Assembly: GCF_006345805.1 (NCBI RefSeq)
Contig: NC_042997.1
Span: 171,740,001 to 171,804,000 of the forward strand
Direction: 5' to 3'
Length of the DNA stretch: 64,000 nucleotides
Source of the DNA: Octopus sinensis
Lineage: Eukaryota
Within the stretch, counting starts at the first letter, position 1; the number at the start of each line of letters is the position of its first letter. Positions 51,630-62,430 of the stretch are shown one piece after another. The notes beneath the pieces were generated by a model. That model was not told where the DNA came from. It worked only from the letters and a program-made list of their open reading frames with translations, and made no database searches. Made by a program: the position numbers and the translations under genes.

Positions 51630-52010
51630 TTTATCCCCCACTGCCAAAGAGGTTTGGCCTGTAAGAGCCCTGTGCTGGTGCCATGTAAAAAGGCATCTGT
51701 GTCAGCACCACACAAAAAGTATCTGTGCCAGTAGCACCTGTGCTGGCATCACATGATACCACCTGTGCTGGCATCACATAAAACCATGTTGTACCTGTGT
51801 CACCTAAAAAACCACCCAGCACACTCTATAAAATGGTTAGTATTAGGAAAGGCATCCAGCTGTAGAAACCAAGCCAAATCAGACTGGAACCTAGTGAGCT
51901 CTAGTACTTGCCAACTCTGGTCAATCGTCCTACCTAAGTCAGCATAGAAAATGGACATTAAAAGTAATGATGATGATGATGGTGATGATGATGATGATGA
52001 TGATGATGAT
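51630..52010 (+). mobile_element. repeat B copy (decayed)
   Basis: aggaaaggcatccagctgtagaaacc...gcatagaaaatggacattaaaagtaatgatgatg. Confidence 0.75.
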
Positions 52011-52033
52011 GAGCTTGAGTGTGTGCGTGTGTA

Positions 52034-52073
<40 letters not shown>

Positions 52074-52230
52074 GTTATTATTATTATTATCATTATTATT
52101 ATTATTACTTAAAACAATTTGGTTTGGCAACTTAAAGTTTCATATCCTCATTACAGGAACCTAGTTTGTTGGACTCAGAAAGCTGAATCACATACAGACT
52201 CATACAAAGACAGTCAACCAGCCACTCAGG

Positions 52231-52262
<32 letters not shown>

Positions 52263-52369
52263 GACAAGTACAGACAGACAGGTAGATAGGCAGACAGACG
52301 GATGTATGTTGGTCAATGTATGTGAGTGTATGTGCATTTGTGTGTGAAAAGTTAAATAATTGCAAATTC

Positions 52370-52790
52370 AAATTAATATATGAGTGATAAATAGCAAAAG
52401 ATTATTTACATAATAGTGTGATAACTAGCAATATCAGTACCTATATGGCTGTGAAAATCATCAATATCAATGTCTATATGGGTGTGATAATTAGCATAAT
52501 AAAAATGAGCATGAAGCCAGTGTATATGCAAGTATAACATTTTGTAACACTAGTGTACTTACGTATATATGAATATGATAATTAGTAACACCTGTGTGTA
52601 TACAGGTGTGGTAACTTGCCATAAAAATCTCTATATATGTGAGATAATTAATATCATTGTCTATATAGGTGTGATAACTAGTAATGCTGATATCTGTATA
52701 AGTGTGAAAACTAGTAATTCCAGTGAATATATAAATGTAATGACTAATAATACTAATAATATATATATTAGTGCAAGCATATTCTGATGT
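52370..52790. repeat. degenerate minisatellite (gtgtgataactag core); resumes at 54290-54385
   Basis: About 10 recurrences of gtgtgataa(c/t)tag-like cores. Confidence 0.7.
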
Positions 52791-52877
52791 TGTTGTTGAA
52801 AACTATGCAGAAGCTCATTTTGTGTATGTATGTATGTATGTATGTATGTGAATATATATATATATATATATATATAT

Positions 52878-53775
52878 CGAATTAAGTTTATGTCAAGTAA
52901 CTCTAAAATTAAAAATTCTATATACCAGTGTATAATCAGTACTCGTAATAAAGTACGATTTTACATTGGAAGCATGTCGTTAGAGTTATCTAAAAGAATT
53001 TCTATCCATTACTCAGCATTTAGGGATAGGAATAAATGTAACAGTACTGGGCTCAGTAAATTAATTTGGGATCTAAAAGACTACAATGAACAATTTAATT
53101 TGGAATGGTTGATTCTCTCAATCTCAATACCTTATGACAAATGCAAGAAATTCTGTCTTCTCTGTAATTCTGAACTATTTTTCATTATTTTTTCTAAAAA
53201 ACCCCTAGTAAATACGGTTATAGAGTATGCATACCGATGTAAACATTAGCAAAAACACACCTTTAGTTCATATAAGTAATCTCTATCATTATATATAATT
53301 TAAACATTGATTTTTTTTTTAATATTTAACATTCACTAAAAAAATATTCCTCCTCTTTCTATAGGCTACTTATGACGTTATATCATATAACGTCTTTTCA
53401 AACAATATTAATAGCATTCAGTAAATCACTATACATATCCATCATTTACTGTTAAAATGTCTTATTGATAAGTTTCATTTCTTCACTTCCCTGAAGAGAA
53501 GATTACATTGCTTTACACCATTTATTCTTTTGAATAATATCAGTGAAATCTTCGAAACATGTGTCGGAAGTAAAAGTATTTGAATTATACCTGTGTTAAA
53601 CTCCATTTATTTATTCATATATTATACAAAAAATTCCACGTAAACCCGAAGTTTCTACCTTTAAAAACAATGCGTTACAACCTCTTTACTTGTGTGATAT
53701 TTTGCTTCCCTGGTAACTATTTATCTATTTTTTCCATGTTAATTGTTAACAAGGGAAAAATACACTCATCTATTT
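52878..53775 (+). mobile_element. 5'-truncated Penelope-like element: GIY-YIG domain + terminal repeat
   Basis: NSIYQCIISTRNKVRFYIGSMS...RISIHYSAF...STGLSKLIWDLK...WLIL...CLLCNSE...RCKH. Colinear with the reverse complement of 18975-19860. (TA)n on both sides. Confidence 0.93.
53485..53571 (+). ncRNA. type I hammerhead ribozyme with intact core
   Basis: acttcc-CTGAAGA-gaagatt-(42 nt)-aatcttc-GAAAC-atgt-GTC-ggaagt. Stems I and II pair perfectly. Stem III is minimal with palindromic ACATGT. Predicted cut after C53565. Confidence 0.88.
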
Positions 53776-54387
53776 ATATATATATATATATACATATCGT
53801 TGCTATTATGCAAAAGTGTTGTAAGTTCAAAATGTTGCTTTTTCATAAAACAAAAGAATAGTTTCACCATTCCTTAGCAAAACCATTGTACTACACTTTG
53901 ACAATTTTTGATATTTTGGCATCTGAAGCAGCTGGAAATATGATGATAGTTTGACCAAAAGAACCAGCTATTTGCATATTAATTCTTAATTGGAATAACT
54001 ATTGCTGTTTGTGATAACAATAAGAATTTTTTCATTTCTCCAACAACAAAAGTTCTTGTTATTGAAACAATTTAGCCATAAAGTGATTCAATTTTGAGTG
54101 AAATACTAATAATTCTTTAATTCTAGTAATTCTTTAATAGCTTCATATATTCAATGCAAGGATAATCTAGGGATTATTGATAGAACTGGAATAACTTACA
54201 AAATAGGTAGCTACAGCTGTTTCCTTTACTGATGTCTTGAGAATTCATTATTTGAGTAAAGTGTATATTATAATACTGGTGTCTATATGTTTATGTAGGT
54301 GTGATAACTAGAAATGTCTGTGTCAGAGTGATTACAAGTAATGCCAATGAATATATGAGTGTGATAACTACTAACAAGAGTGTTTAT

Positions 54388-54715
54388 AATCATCATCATC
54401 ATCATCATTTGACGTCTGTTTTCCATGCTAGCATGAGCTGGACAGTTCGACCGGGGTCTGGGAAGCCAGAAGGCTGCACCAGGCTCCAGTCTGATCTGGC
54501 AGTGTTTCTACAGCCGAATGCCCTTCCTAATACCAACCACTCCGTGAGTGTAGTGGGTGCTTTTTACGTGCTACTGGCACAGGTGCCAGGTGAGGCTGGC
54601 AATGGCCATGATCGGCTGGTGCTTTTTACGTGCCACCGGCATGGAAGCCAGTCAAGGCGGTGCTGGCAACGGCCATGTTCGGAGGTGCTTCTTACGTGCC
54701 ACTGGCACTGGCATA
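54388..54715 (-). mobile_element. repeat B copy
   Basis: B consensus. Confidence 0.88.
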
Positions 54716-54929
54716 ATGAGTGTAATAATTAGCAATGGCAGTATCTGTATGCTTGTGTGTAAAAAATGGTAATACTGCATAGAAGGTAGATGTAGGTCCT
54801 GAATGCAGAGTATGTGCAAAAGTCAAATAGAAATGAAGACTGAATAAAAATGAAGCAAGCATAGGAAGGCTGGATTGAAATAAACCAAGCATGCAGAGGC
54901 TGGATAGAAAGTAAGACAGACAAACGGAT

Positions 54930-55430
54930 TAAGTCGATTACATCAACCCCAGTGTGTACTGGTACTTAATTTATCGACCCCGAAAGGATGAAAGGCAAAG
55001 TCAACCTCTGTTCAAATTCCGCCTAGGTCGACTTTGCCTTTCATCCTTTCAGGGTCGATAAATTAAGTACCAGGCAGTAATTAAAAAGGCGGTGAGCTGG
55101 CAGAAACATTAGCATGCCGGGCAAAATGCGTAGCCGTATTTCGTCTGTCGTTACGTTCTGAGTTCAAATTCCACCGAGGTCCACTTTGCTTTTCATCCTT
55201 TCAGGGTCAATAAATTAAGTACCAGTTAGATACTGGGGTTGATGTAATCGACTTAATCCCTTTGTCTGTTCTTGTTTGTCCTCTCTGTGTTTAGCCTCTT
55301 GTGGGTAGTAAAAAAATAGATAAATTAAGTACCAGTACACACTGGGGTCAATGTAATCGACTTAATACCTTTATCTGTCCTTGTTTGTCCCCTCTATGTT
55401 TAGGCCCTTGTGGGCAATAAAGAAATAAGA
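54930..55430. mobile_element. SINE family C cluster (inverted partial pair, one full + copy, duplicated 3' part)
   Basis: Head ggcggtgagctggcagaaac...gagttcaaattcc at 55088. Core gactttgcctttcatccttt..gggtc.ataaattaagtaccag appears three times. Confidence 0.88.
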
Positions 55431-55924
55431 AAGTAAGTAAGCATGAGAAGACTGGATAGAAATGAAGTAAGAATGCTCTGTTTGATGTGTAATGCTCATG
55501 TACATGAGTGATATGCTACAGGTGAGCTGAGAGATAAGCTGAGTATACATGGGGCCATATATAATATGCAGGCGAAGATGACTGTATTGGTACAGACATG
55601 TGATGTGTCTGGATAACGAGGGATGCATAAAAGAAGTTCTAGGTGGTCCAAGTTGAACGAAACTATAGGCAAAGAAGACCAAGGTTGACACAAGCAGAAT
55701 TGGTAAAAAAAAAAGTGACTTCAGGATGTGGAACCGGACAAAGTGGACAATGGAATGCAACAAAAGTAATAAATGGCAAGATGCTATTTTCGAAATGAGC
55801 CATCCTAACCATGCTATGAAAGAAAAATGGGTGAGAAGAAAGATGATGATGATCAGGATGATGATGATTGTTGCTGTTGTTGTTATTATCATCGTAGTAG
55901 TCGTCGTCTACGTCGTCATCGTCG

Positions 55925-55955
<31 letters not shown>

Positions 55956-55979
55956 TATTACAAACATGTTGATCATTGT

Positions 55980-56092
55980 AGGTGCAGGAGTGGCTGTGTG
56001 GTAAGTAGCTTGCTTTCGTAGTAGTCGTCGTCTACGTCATCATCGTCGTCGTCGTCGTGTCGTCGTCGTCGTCGTCGTCGTCGTCATCGTCG

Positions 56093-56135
<43 letters not shown>

Positions 56136-56329
56136 TATTATTACAAACATGTTGATCATTGTAGGTGCAGGAGTGGCTGTGTGGTAAGTAGCTTGCTTAC
56201 CAAGCACATGGTTCCGGGTTCAGTCCCACTGCATGGAACCTTGGGCAAGTGCCTTCTACTATAGCCTCGGGCCAACCAAAGCCTTGTGAGTGGATTTAGT
56301 AAACGGAAACTGAGAAGAAACCCGTCGTA

Positions 56330-56368
<39 letters not shown>

Positions 56369-56580
56369 ATATGTATGTTTGTGTGTCTGTATTTGTTCCC
56401 CCAACATCGCTTGACAACCGATGCTGGTGTATTTACGTCCCCATAACTTAGTGGTTCAGCAAAAGAGACCGATAGAATAAGTACTAAGCTTACAAAGAAT
56501 AAGTCCTGGGGTCGATTTGCTCGACTAAAGGCAGTGCTCCAGCATGGCCACAGTCAAATGACTGAAACAAATAATAGAAT
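55980..56580 (+). mobile_element. SINE family A with duplicated head and 5' flank
   Basis: Units 55892-56015 and 56016-56197 both end in ggagtggctgtgtggtaagtagcttgctt. Confidence 0.88.
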
Positions 56581-56784
56581 AATAGAATAATTGTTGATTA
56601 TGATGATGACAATAATGGTGTTATATTATTGTAACTCTACTGTAATTCAATTAATTCATTTCAACCATGAAATTACAACATATTACAGTGTATAAAGAGA
56701 TAAATAGAATCATAAACATTTGTGGTTAAGTGCATATGACAAAGGCCAAGATTAGCAACAGTACATTAAGAACTCCTTTGTGGT

Positions 56785-56800
56785 TGCTAATAATAATAAC

Positions 56801-56850
<50 letters not shown>

Positions 56851-56876
56851 TAATAATAATGATAATAATAATAATA

Positions 56877-56925
<49 letters not shown>

Positions 56926-56937
56926 TGATAATAATAA
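56785..56937. repeat. (AAT)n microsatellite
   Basis: Direct reading. Confidence 0.97.
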
Positions 56938-57235
56938 TGCGAAGGCGCATGGCTCAGTGGTTAGAGTTTCGAGCTTACGATCGTGAGGTTGTGAGTTCGA
57001 ATCCCAGACAGCCACAAGAGTCAAACATAAAGGTTGTCCCTGCTTTCATTGGAGCATTGGGTTTAGTACCACCCAACCTGAAGAAACATCTGGAAACTTT
57101 AGAAATACCCTACAATCTGGGTGTATAGCAAAAATCAGCATTACTTGGAACTGCACACATGTTGCATAAAGTACTGTCAGTGTCTGAGGTCCTTGTTGTC
57201 ACTTAACAGAAAATACAAACCCCTGGTAGGCACAC
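56938..57235 (+). mobile_element. tRNA-like SINE head joined to an R4/Dong-like 3' end
   Basis: tggctcagtggttaga...gagttcgaatccc (A/B boxes), then KVVPAFIGALGLVPPNLKKHLETL...QKSALLGTAHMLHKVL. Confidence 0.75.
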
Positions 57236-57254
57236 TATCTAGGTGGTGAGCTGG

Positions 57255-58592
57255 CAGCACCCAGTCATACACTAAGACTGGGTGCTGAAATGACTGCTCA
57301 ACCACTCAAATGTGGAAGTGATATATCTCGACTTTGCAAAGGCCTTTGATAAAGTCGATCATGGAATGATATGTCACAAACTGCGTGATCTTAGCATAGT
57401 TGGAAAACTGGGAGAATGGCTTGATGACTTTCTGAAAGATAGAAGTCAGGTGGTAGTAGCCAATGGGGCCACTTCCATTAACACGCAAATAGTGAGCGGT
57501 GTTCCGCAGGGCACTGTTTTGGGACCACTACTGTTCATAATGGCCCTCTCAGACATGCCCTCAGCCATGCAGAGAGCCACGATCACAAGTTATGCAGATG
57601 ATACAAAAGTTTCACAGGCAATACAGAACCCTGAGGACACTAAACGCCTGCAATGTGAGCTGGACAAAATATACAAGTGGGCTGAAAAGAATAGCATGCA
57701 GTTCAATGCTGAAAAGTTTCAAGCTTTATACTATCAGCATGCAAAACTAAATGCAATACCCAATGAATACACTGGACCCGGAGGAATTGCAATCCCAGAG
57801 GCACAATCAGTGCATGACCTGGGTATTTACATGAGTGATGACGCAACCTTTCGTGTACATGTTGCTAAATTGGCAATGAAATGTAGACAACTGGCTGGAT
57901 GGATTCTCAGAACCTTTAGAACAAGAGAACAAGAAACCATGATGGTCCTCTGGAGGACACTTGTCCTAAGCCATTTTGACTATTGCTCTCAGCTATGGTC
58001 ACCATCCAGTGTCAAGTTGATCACAGAACTTGAGGTGATCGAACGTAGCTACACGACGAAGATAGCCTCTGTGCAGAATATAAGCTACTGGGAAAGACTC
58101 AAGAGATTAAAACTCTATTCCTTGGAGCGTAGGCGAGAAAGATATGCCATAATATACATCTGGAAGATCCTGGAGGGACTTGTCCCAAACTTTGGCATCG
58201 AGAGTTACACAAATGCCAGAACTGGGCGCCACTGCGTGGTGCCTAGGACTCCAAATTTGCCATCAAGATGTAGGACAAGATACTGTGATAGCCTGGGCTT
58301 CCGAGGCCCACAGCTCTTCAATATCCTCCCAAAGAACCTAAGAGACCTGCATGGGGTGGATGCAGATGTCTTTAAAATGAAACTGGATCTCTTCTTGTCA
58401 GGTATCCCAGATGAACCAACTTCACAGCAGGAGGTGCAGATGAGGGCAGCTGCATCGAACTCTCTCATGCACCAAATGGCAGTTGCTAAAAAGCATTCGT
58501 GAAGTAAAACCATGTAGCAACACCAAATGGCGGTGCCCCAGCATGGCCACAGCTCATGAGCTGAAACTAGAATCAATCAATCAATCAATCAA
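57255..58592 (+). mobile_element. 5'-truncated CR1-clade LINE with (AATC)n tail
   Basis: RT frame, short 3'UTR with hairpin, tail aatcaatcaatc at 58570-58592. Confidence 0.95.
57312..58502 (+). CDS. LINE reverse transcriptase C-terminal portion (396 aa, no true start codon)
   Basis: YLDFAKAFDKVDH, SGVPQGTVLGPLLF, YADDTK, FNAEKF, DLGI, HFDYCSQLWSP motifs with no internal stops. Confidence 0.93.
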   Translation: MEVIYLDFAKAFDKVDHGMICHKLRDLSIVGKLGEWLDDFLKDRSQVVVANGATSINTQIVSGVPQGTVLGPLLFIMALSDMPSAMQRATITSYADDTKVSQAIQNPEDTKRLQCELDKIYKWAEKNSMQFNAEKFQALYYQHAKLNAIPNEYTGPGGIAIPEAQSVHDLGIYMSDDATFRVHVAKLAMKCRQLAGWILRTFRTREQETMMVLWRTLVLSHFDYCSQLWSPSSVKLITELEVIERSYTTKIASVQNISYWERLKRLKLYSLERRRERYAIIYIWKILEGLVPNFGIESYTNARTGRHCVVPRTPNLPSRCRTRYCDSLGFRGPQLFNILPKNLRDLHGVDADVFKMKLDLFLSGIPDEPTSQQEVQMRAAASNSLMHQMAVAKKHS

Positions 58593-58599
58593 TAGAGAT

Positions 58600-59110
58600 A
58601 TAAGCATGTGCAAATGAAGACATACAATAGAAATACAAAATGGCTGACGGTTAGTAAGAAGAGACACAAATAAGAAAGAAGAAAACAAAGGACCACTGAT
58701 GCGGTCACAGGAGTGTGACGAAAGAACTCTGGCCAAAATAAGATTAAGATTAATGTAAAAAATAAATAACACTGAAGAAAAATAACACCAAATATATAGT
58801 GCGTGTGTTTTTATTGGCTAAACTGGCAAAATGACCATTCCGAAATATAACAATATATATATATATAATATGAGGGAATATTATTCCAAACTTACAAGGA
58901 AAAATTTACTTTAGAAATACTAAATCAAATTTCACAAGATATGATATATATATATATATATAAGATAAAAACCACCTTTTAGCAGTTCAATAATGAAAAA
59001 TTAAATTATACCATTTAGAAAATTATATATTATAGAAAGGTTAAAAATACGATAAAACATATAACGATGATTAAGTAATGTGCAAAATAATAAATAAAAT
59101 GTATATATTT
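58600..59110. mobile_element. probable Penelope terminal-repeat debris among (TA)n runs
   Basis: 60-bp module shared with 18891-18950, a degenerate hammerhead-like motif at 58690-58735, and AT-rich segments between TA runs. Confidence 0.4.
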
Positions 59111-59684
59111 AGTATATATATATATCTTAATAGAAGTGTACAGTATTATATATACATTATGGCTGATCTTACCAATCAGTTTTGTGTTAGGAGTTCAGCA
59201 GAATGTTAAGTAACAGTCTAGTTATGTAACCCTGCACTCTTCAGAGGTAGCTGTTAAGAAATGAAATATGGTGTAAATATATCTGTAGCACTCTAAGTAC
59301 ACATACATATATTCCAAATACACATATATGCAATTCCTTCTATGATAAAAACATTTCTCTATATACATTTTTACTGTGTTCATTATACAATATATAATAT
59401 ATCAAACCTGCATTTGATTTCATTGGTAAAAGTTTTCATCTGAAAGCTGCTTTACAAAAATGCAGTAGAATTTGCATAGACAAACGTCTCTGTTGAAATA
59501 ATAAAAAAAAATAAATAAAAGTGTTAATATGACAGCTATTTTCTGCAATGTTTTTTTGTTTTTTTTTCTGGAAATTCTTGCAAATAATATTGATTTCTGC
59601 TAATCAGCTTTTCAGCAATTCTGTAAGTTACAGAAACTATATTTAGCAACTTAACCACATTTTCTACTTAACAGAATTATGCTT

Positions 59685-60640
59685 TGTGGTGTGTGTGTGT
59701 GTGTATTATGAGTGTGTTTTTGTGTGTTCTATACATATGTTTGTGCTTTTGTGTGTGTGTGCATGTTATTGTGTTATGTATATGTGTTTATGTACCTGTG
59801 CTTATTTATCAATATGTGTGCTATTGTGTGTATGCATCTGTCTGCATGTAGATGTATATATTTTAGTGTGTGTGTGTGTGTGTGTGTACATATGTATTGT
59901 AGGTGTGTGTGTGTGTACATATGTATTGTAGGTGTGTGTGTATGCGAATGTATGCATGTGTGTTGTATGTGTGTCTATGCATATGTGTATATGTGTGTGT
60001 ACTGTATGTTTGTGTATGTGTGTGTATATGCATGTGTGTAATGTATGCATCTATGTACAGATCTGTGTACAGATTTATCTATGATAGATTTTTACGTGTG
60101 TGTGTATACACTTTTGTGTCTATATATCTATCTTTATATACATGTGCATGTGTATAAATGTATGTGTGTATGAATGCGTGTGTATATAAATGCATGTGTA
60201 CTTGTAGTGTACGAATGTATGTGTATATAAATGTATGTGCGTATGAATGTATGTGTATTTGTCATGTATGAATGTATGTGTGTTTGTTGTGTATGAATGT
60301 ATGTGTGTCTGTATTCTATGAATATGTGTATATAAATGTATGTATATATGAATGTGTGTGTGTATGTATGTATGTGTCTATGAATGTACGTGTGTTTGTC
60401 ATGTATGTGTGTATGAATGTATGTGTGCATGAATGTATGTGTGTTTGTTGTGTATGAATGTGTCTATAAATGTATCTGTGTATGAATGTATGTGTGTTTG
60501 TCATGTATGAATGTATGTCTGTATGTGTGTTTGTTGTGTATGAATGTGTGTGTGTATAAATGTGTGTTTGTTGTGTATGAATGTATGTGTCTATGAATGT
60601 ATGTGTGTACGAATGTATGTGTGTATGTGTGCATATTTAT
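59685..60640. repeat. ~1-kb compound (TG)/(TATG)/(TGAATGTA) low-complexity tract
   Basis: Direct reading. Confidence 0.95.
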
Positions 60641-60934
60641 GTGCCCATCTGATATATTAAACTGATGAAGGCAGAGCTTATTTGAAGCAAAGCTAGAAAT
60701 CCAGGATCTTGAATTATTCAGTAATATCTTTTTGCTAGTCTATTTTGTCCCTCTACCTTACCTCATGGTACGATATGAACATTTAATGTGGTTTTTAGAG
60801 TCAGGGATTTGACTGCTATTTCGGCATGGTGGTGTCTCTCAGACACCCTTATTTATAGTTGTAAAAAAATTATTACCTTTGTATGGTATTTATTGCCATA
60901 CTAGCCACTTGATAATATCGATATTATCCTTATT

Positions 60935-60973
<39 letters not shown>

Positions 60974-61030
60974 CAAAGTGTCAGTAGAAAGCAGTGTGTA
61001 AGTATAAGCAGAATTAGTTAAGAGGAAATA

Positions 61031-61417
61031 TGTTTGTCACATATCTCAACTGCTAAAAGACAAATACACTGCAGTTACTGCGGAGAAAAAAAATCTCTCT
61101 TATAGTAAAAAGGTTTAAAAACACCTGTTCATTCAGTGTCACCATCCATTAGGAATCCCAGACATTGATGTTTCGAGTATTTGACTCTTGTCAATGAGAT
61201 ACACCCAAGAGAGACAACTCCAAACGAACTTCATAAAGGTGTAGCTTTATTTATAATTCAGTCAAAAAAAACTCGAAACATTGATGTCTGGGATTCTTAA
61301 TAGTTGGCAACACTGAACAAACCGATGTTTTCACACCTTTTAACCATAAGGGAGATTTTTTTCTCCATGGTAACTGCACTGTATTTGCCTCTTAACAGTT
61401 TAAATATGTCACAAACA
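61031..61417. mobile_element. foldback element with ~155-bp arms
   Basis: 61031-61186 is inverted at 61260-61417, e.g. gaatcccagacattgatgtttcgagt / actcgaaacattgatgtctgggattc. About 73-bp spacer. Confidence 0.85.
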
Positions 61418-61456
61418 CACACACACACACACGCACACGCACACACACACACACAC

Positions 61457-61508
<52 letters not shown>

Positions 61509-61510
<2 letters not shown>

Positions 61511-61729
61511 GTAATCCCGCTACTATTTCAGGTGTTACATTTCAAAATGCCCTGCAATAGGTGAAAATCCACAAAATAGAAACAGTACTGTACAGTATTT
61601 TTTTTTATTATTCTTATAATTTGTATATATTTATTTTATTATAAATGCAAAACAACACCATGGAGAAATTGACATAAGCTTAAATAATAAACCGCAATCA
61701 GTGAACTGCAATATAGTGAGGGATTACTC
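61509..61729. mobile_element. Tigger/pogo-type MITE
   Basis: TA|cagtaatccc...gggattactc|TA termini. Confidence 0.75.
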
Positions 61730-62430
61730 TATATATATACAGGGATACCTCTGCTTAAGTCGTTTTGACTTAAGTCATTCTCAAAGATATGTCAGTTCTC
61801 AAAAATAATACATGGAAAAATAAAAATCAAGTTAAGTCGTTTTGGCTCAACTTTACATCAGTCTGCCAATAATATTAGAAGTATAAAAACACTAAAACAC
61901 ATTAAATGCGCATAAAATCATGTTACAATAAGATAAGAATAAAAGCATATAAAATATATAAAAGATATATAGCTTTATTACCAAGACTATCAGATGTTGT
62001 TATATCCCACTAATCACAATGCACTTCCTTGCATAGTTGTAGATTATGAATGATGCCACCCTGCAGGCTAAGCAGATAGGGCAATATTCTTCCTGAATGG
62101 AATGCCAATAATATTAGAATTATAAAAACACTAAAACACATTAAATGCACATAAAATCATGTTACAATAAATAAGAATAAAAGTATATAAAATCATATTA
62201 AAATGCAGTAAATGCTAAAATATACACCATAAGGTAGTGCAGCCTAGTTCACTAAAGCATGAAATCAGCTGTGTTGTCTTTCAAAGCTCATATTGCACTG
62301 GTGGTTCCAAAATCTATCATTAGGCATTGTCACGATTCTCGCTATTGTTTTGAATTCAGATTTGTTTACATCCATTTATTGTTTAGATTCTCTCATTTAC
62401 ATTCATTTGTAACTTTAATTTTTGCCCCCC

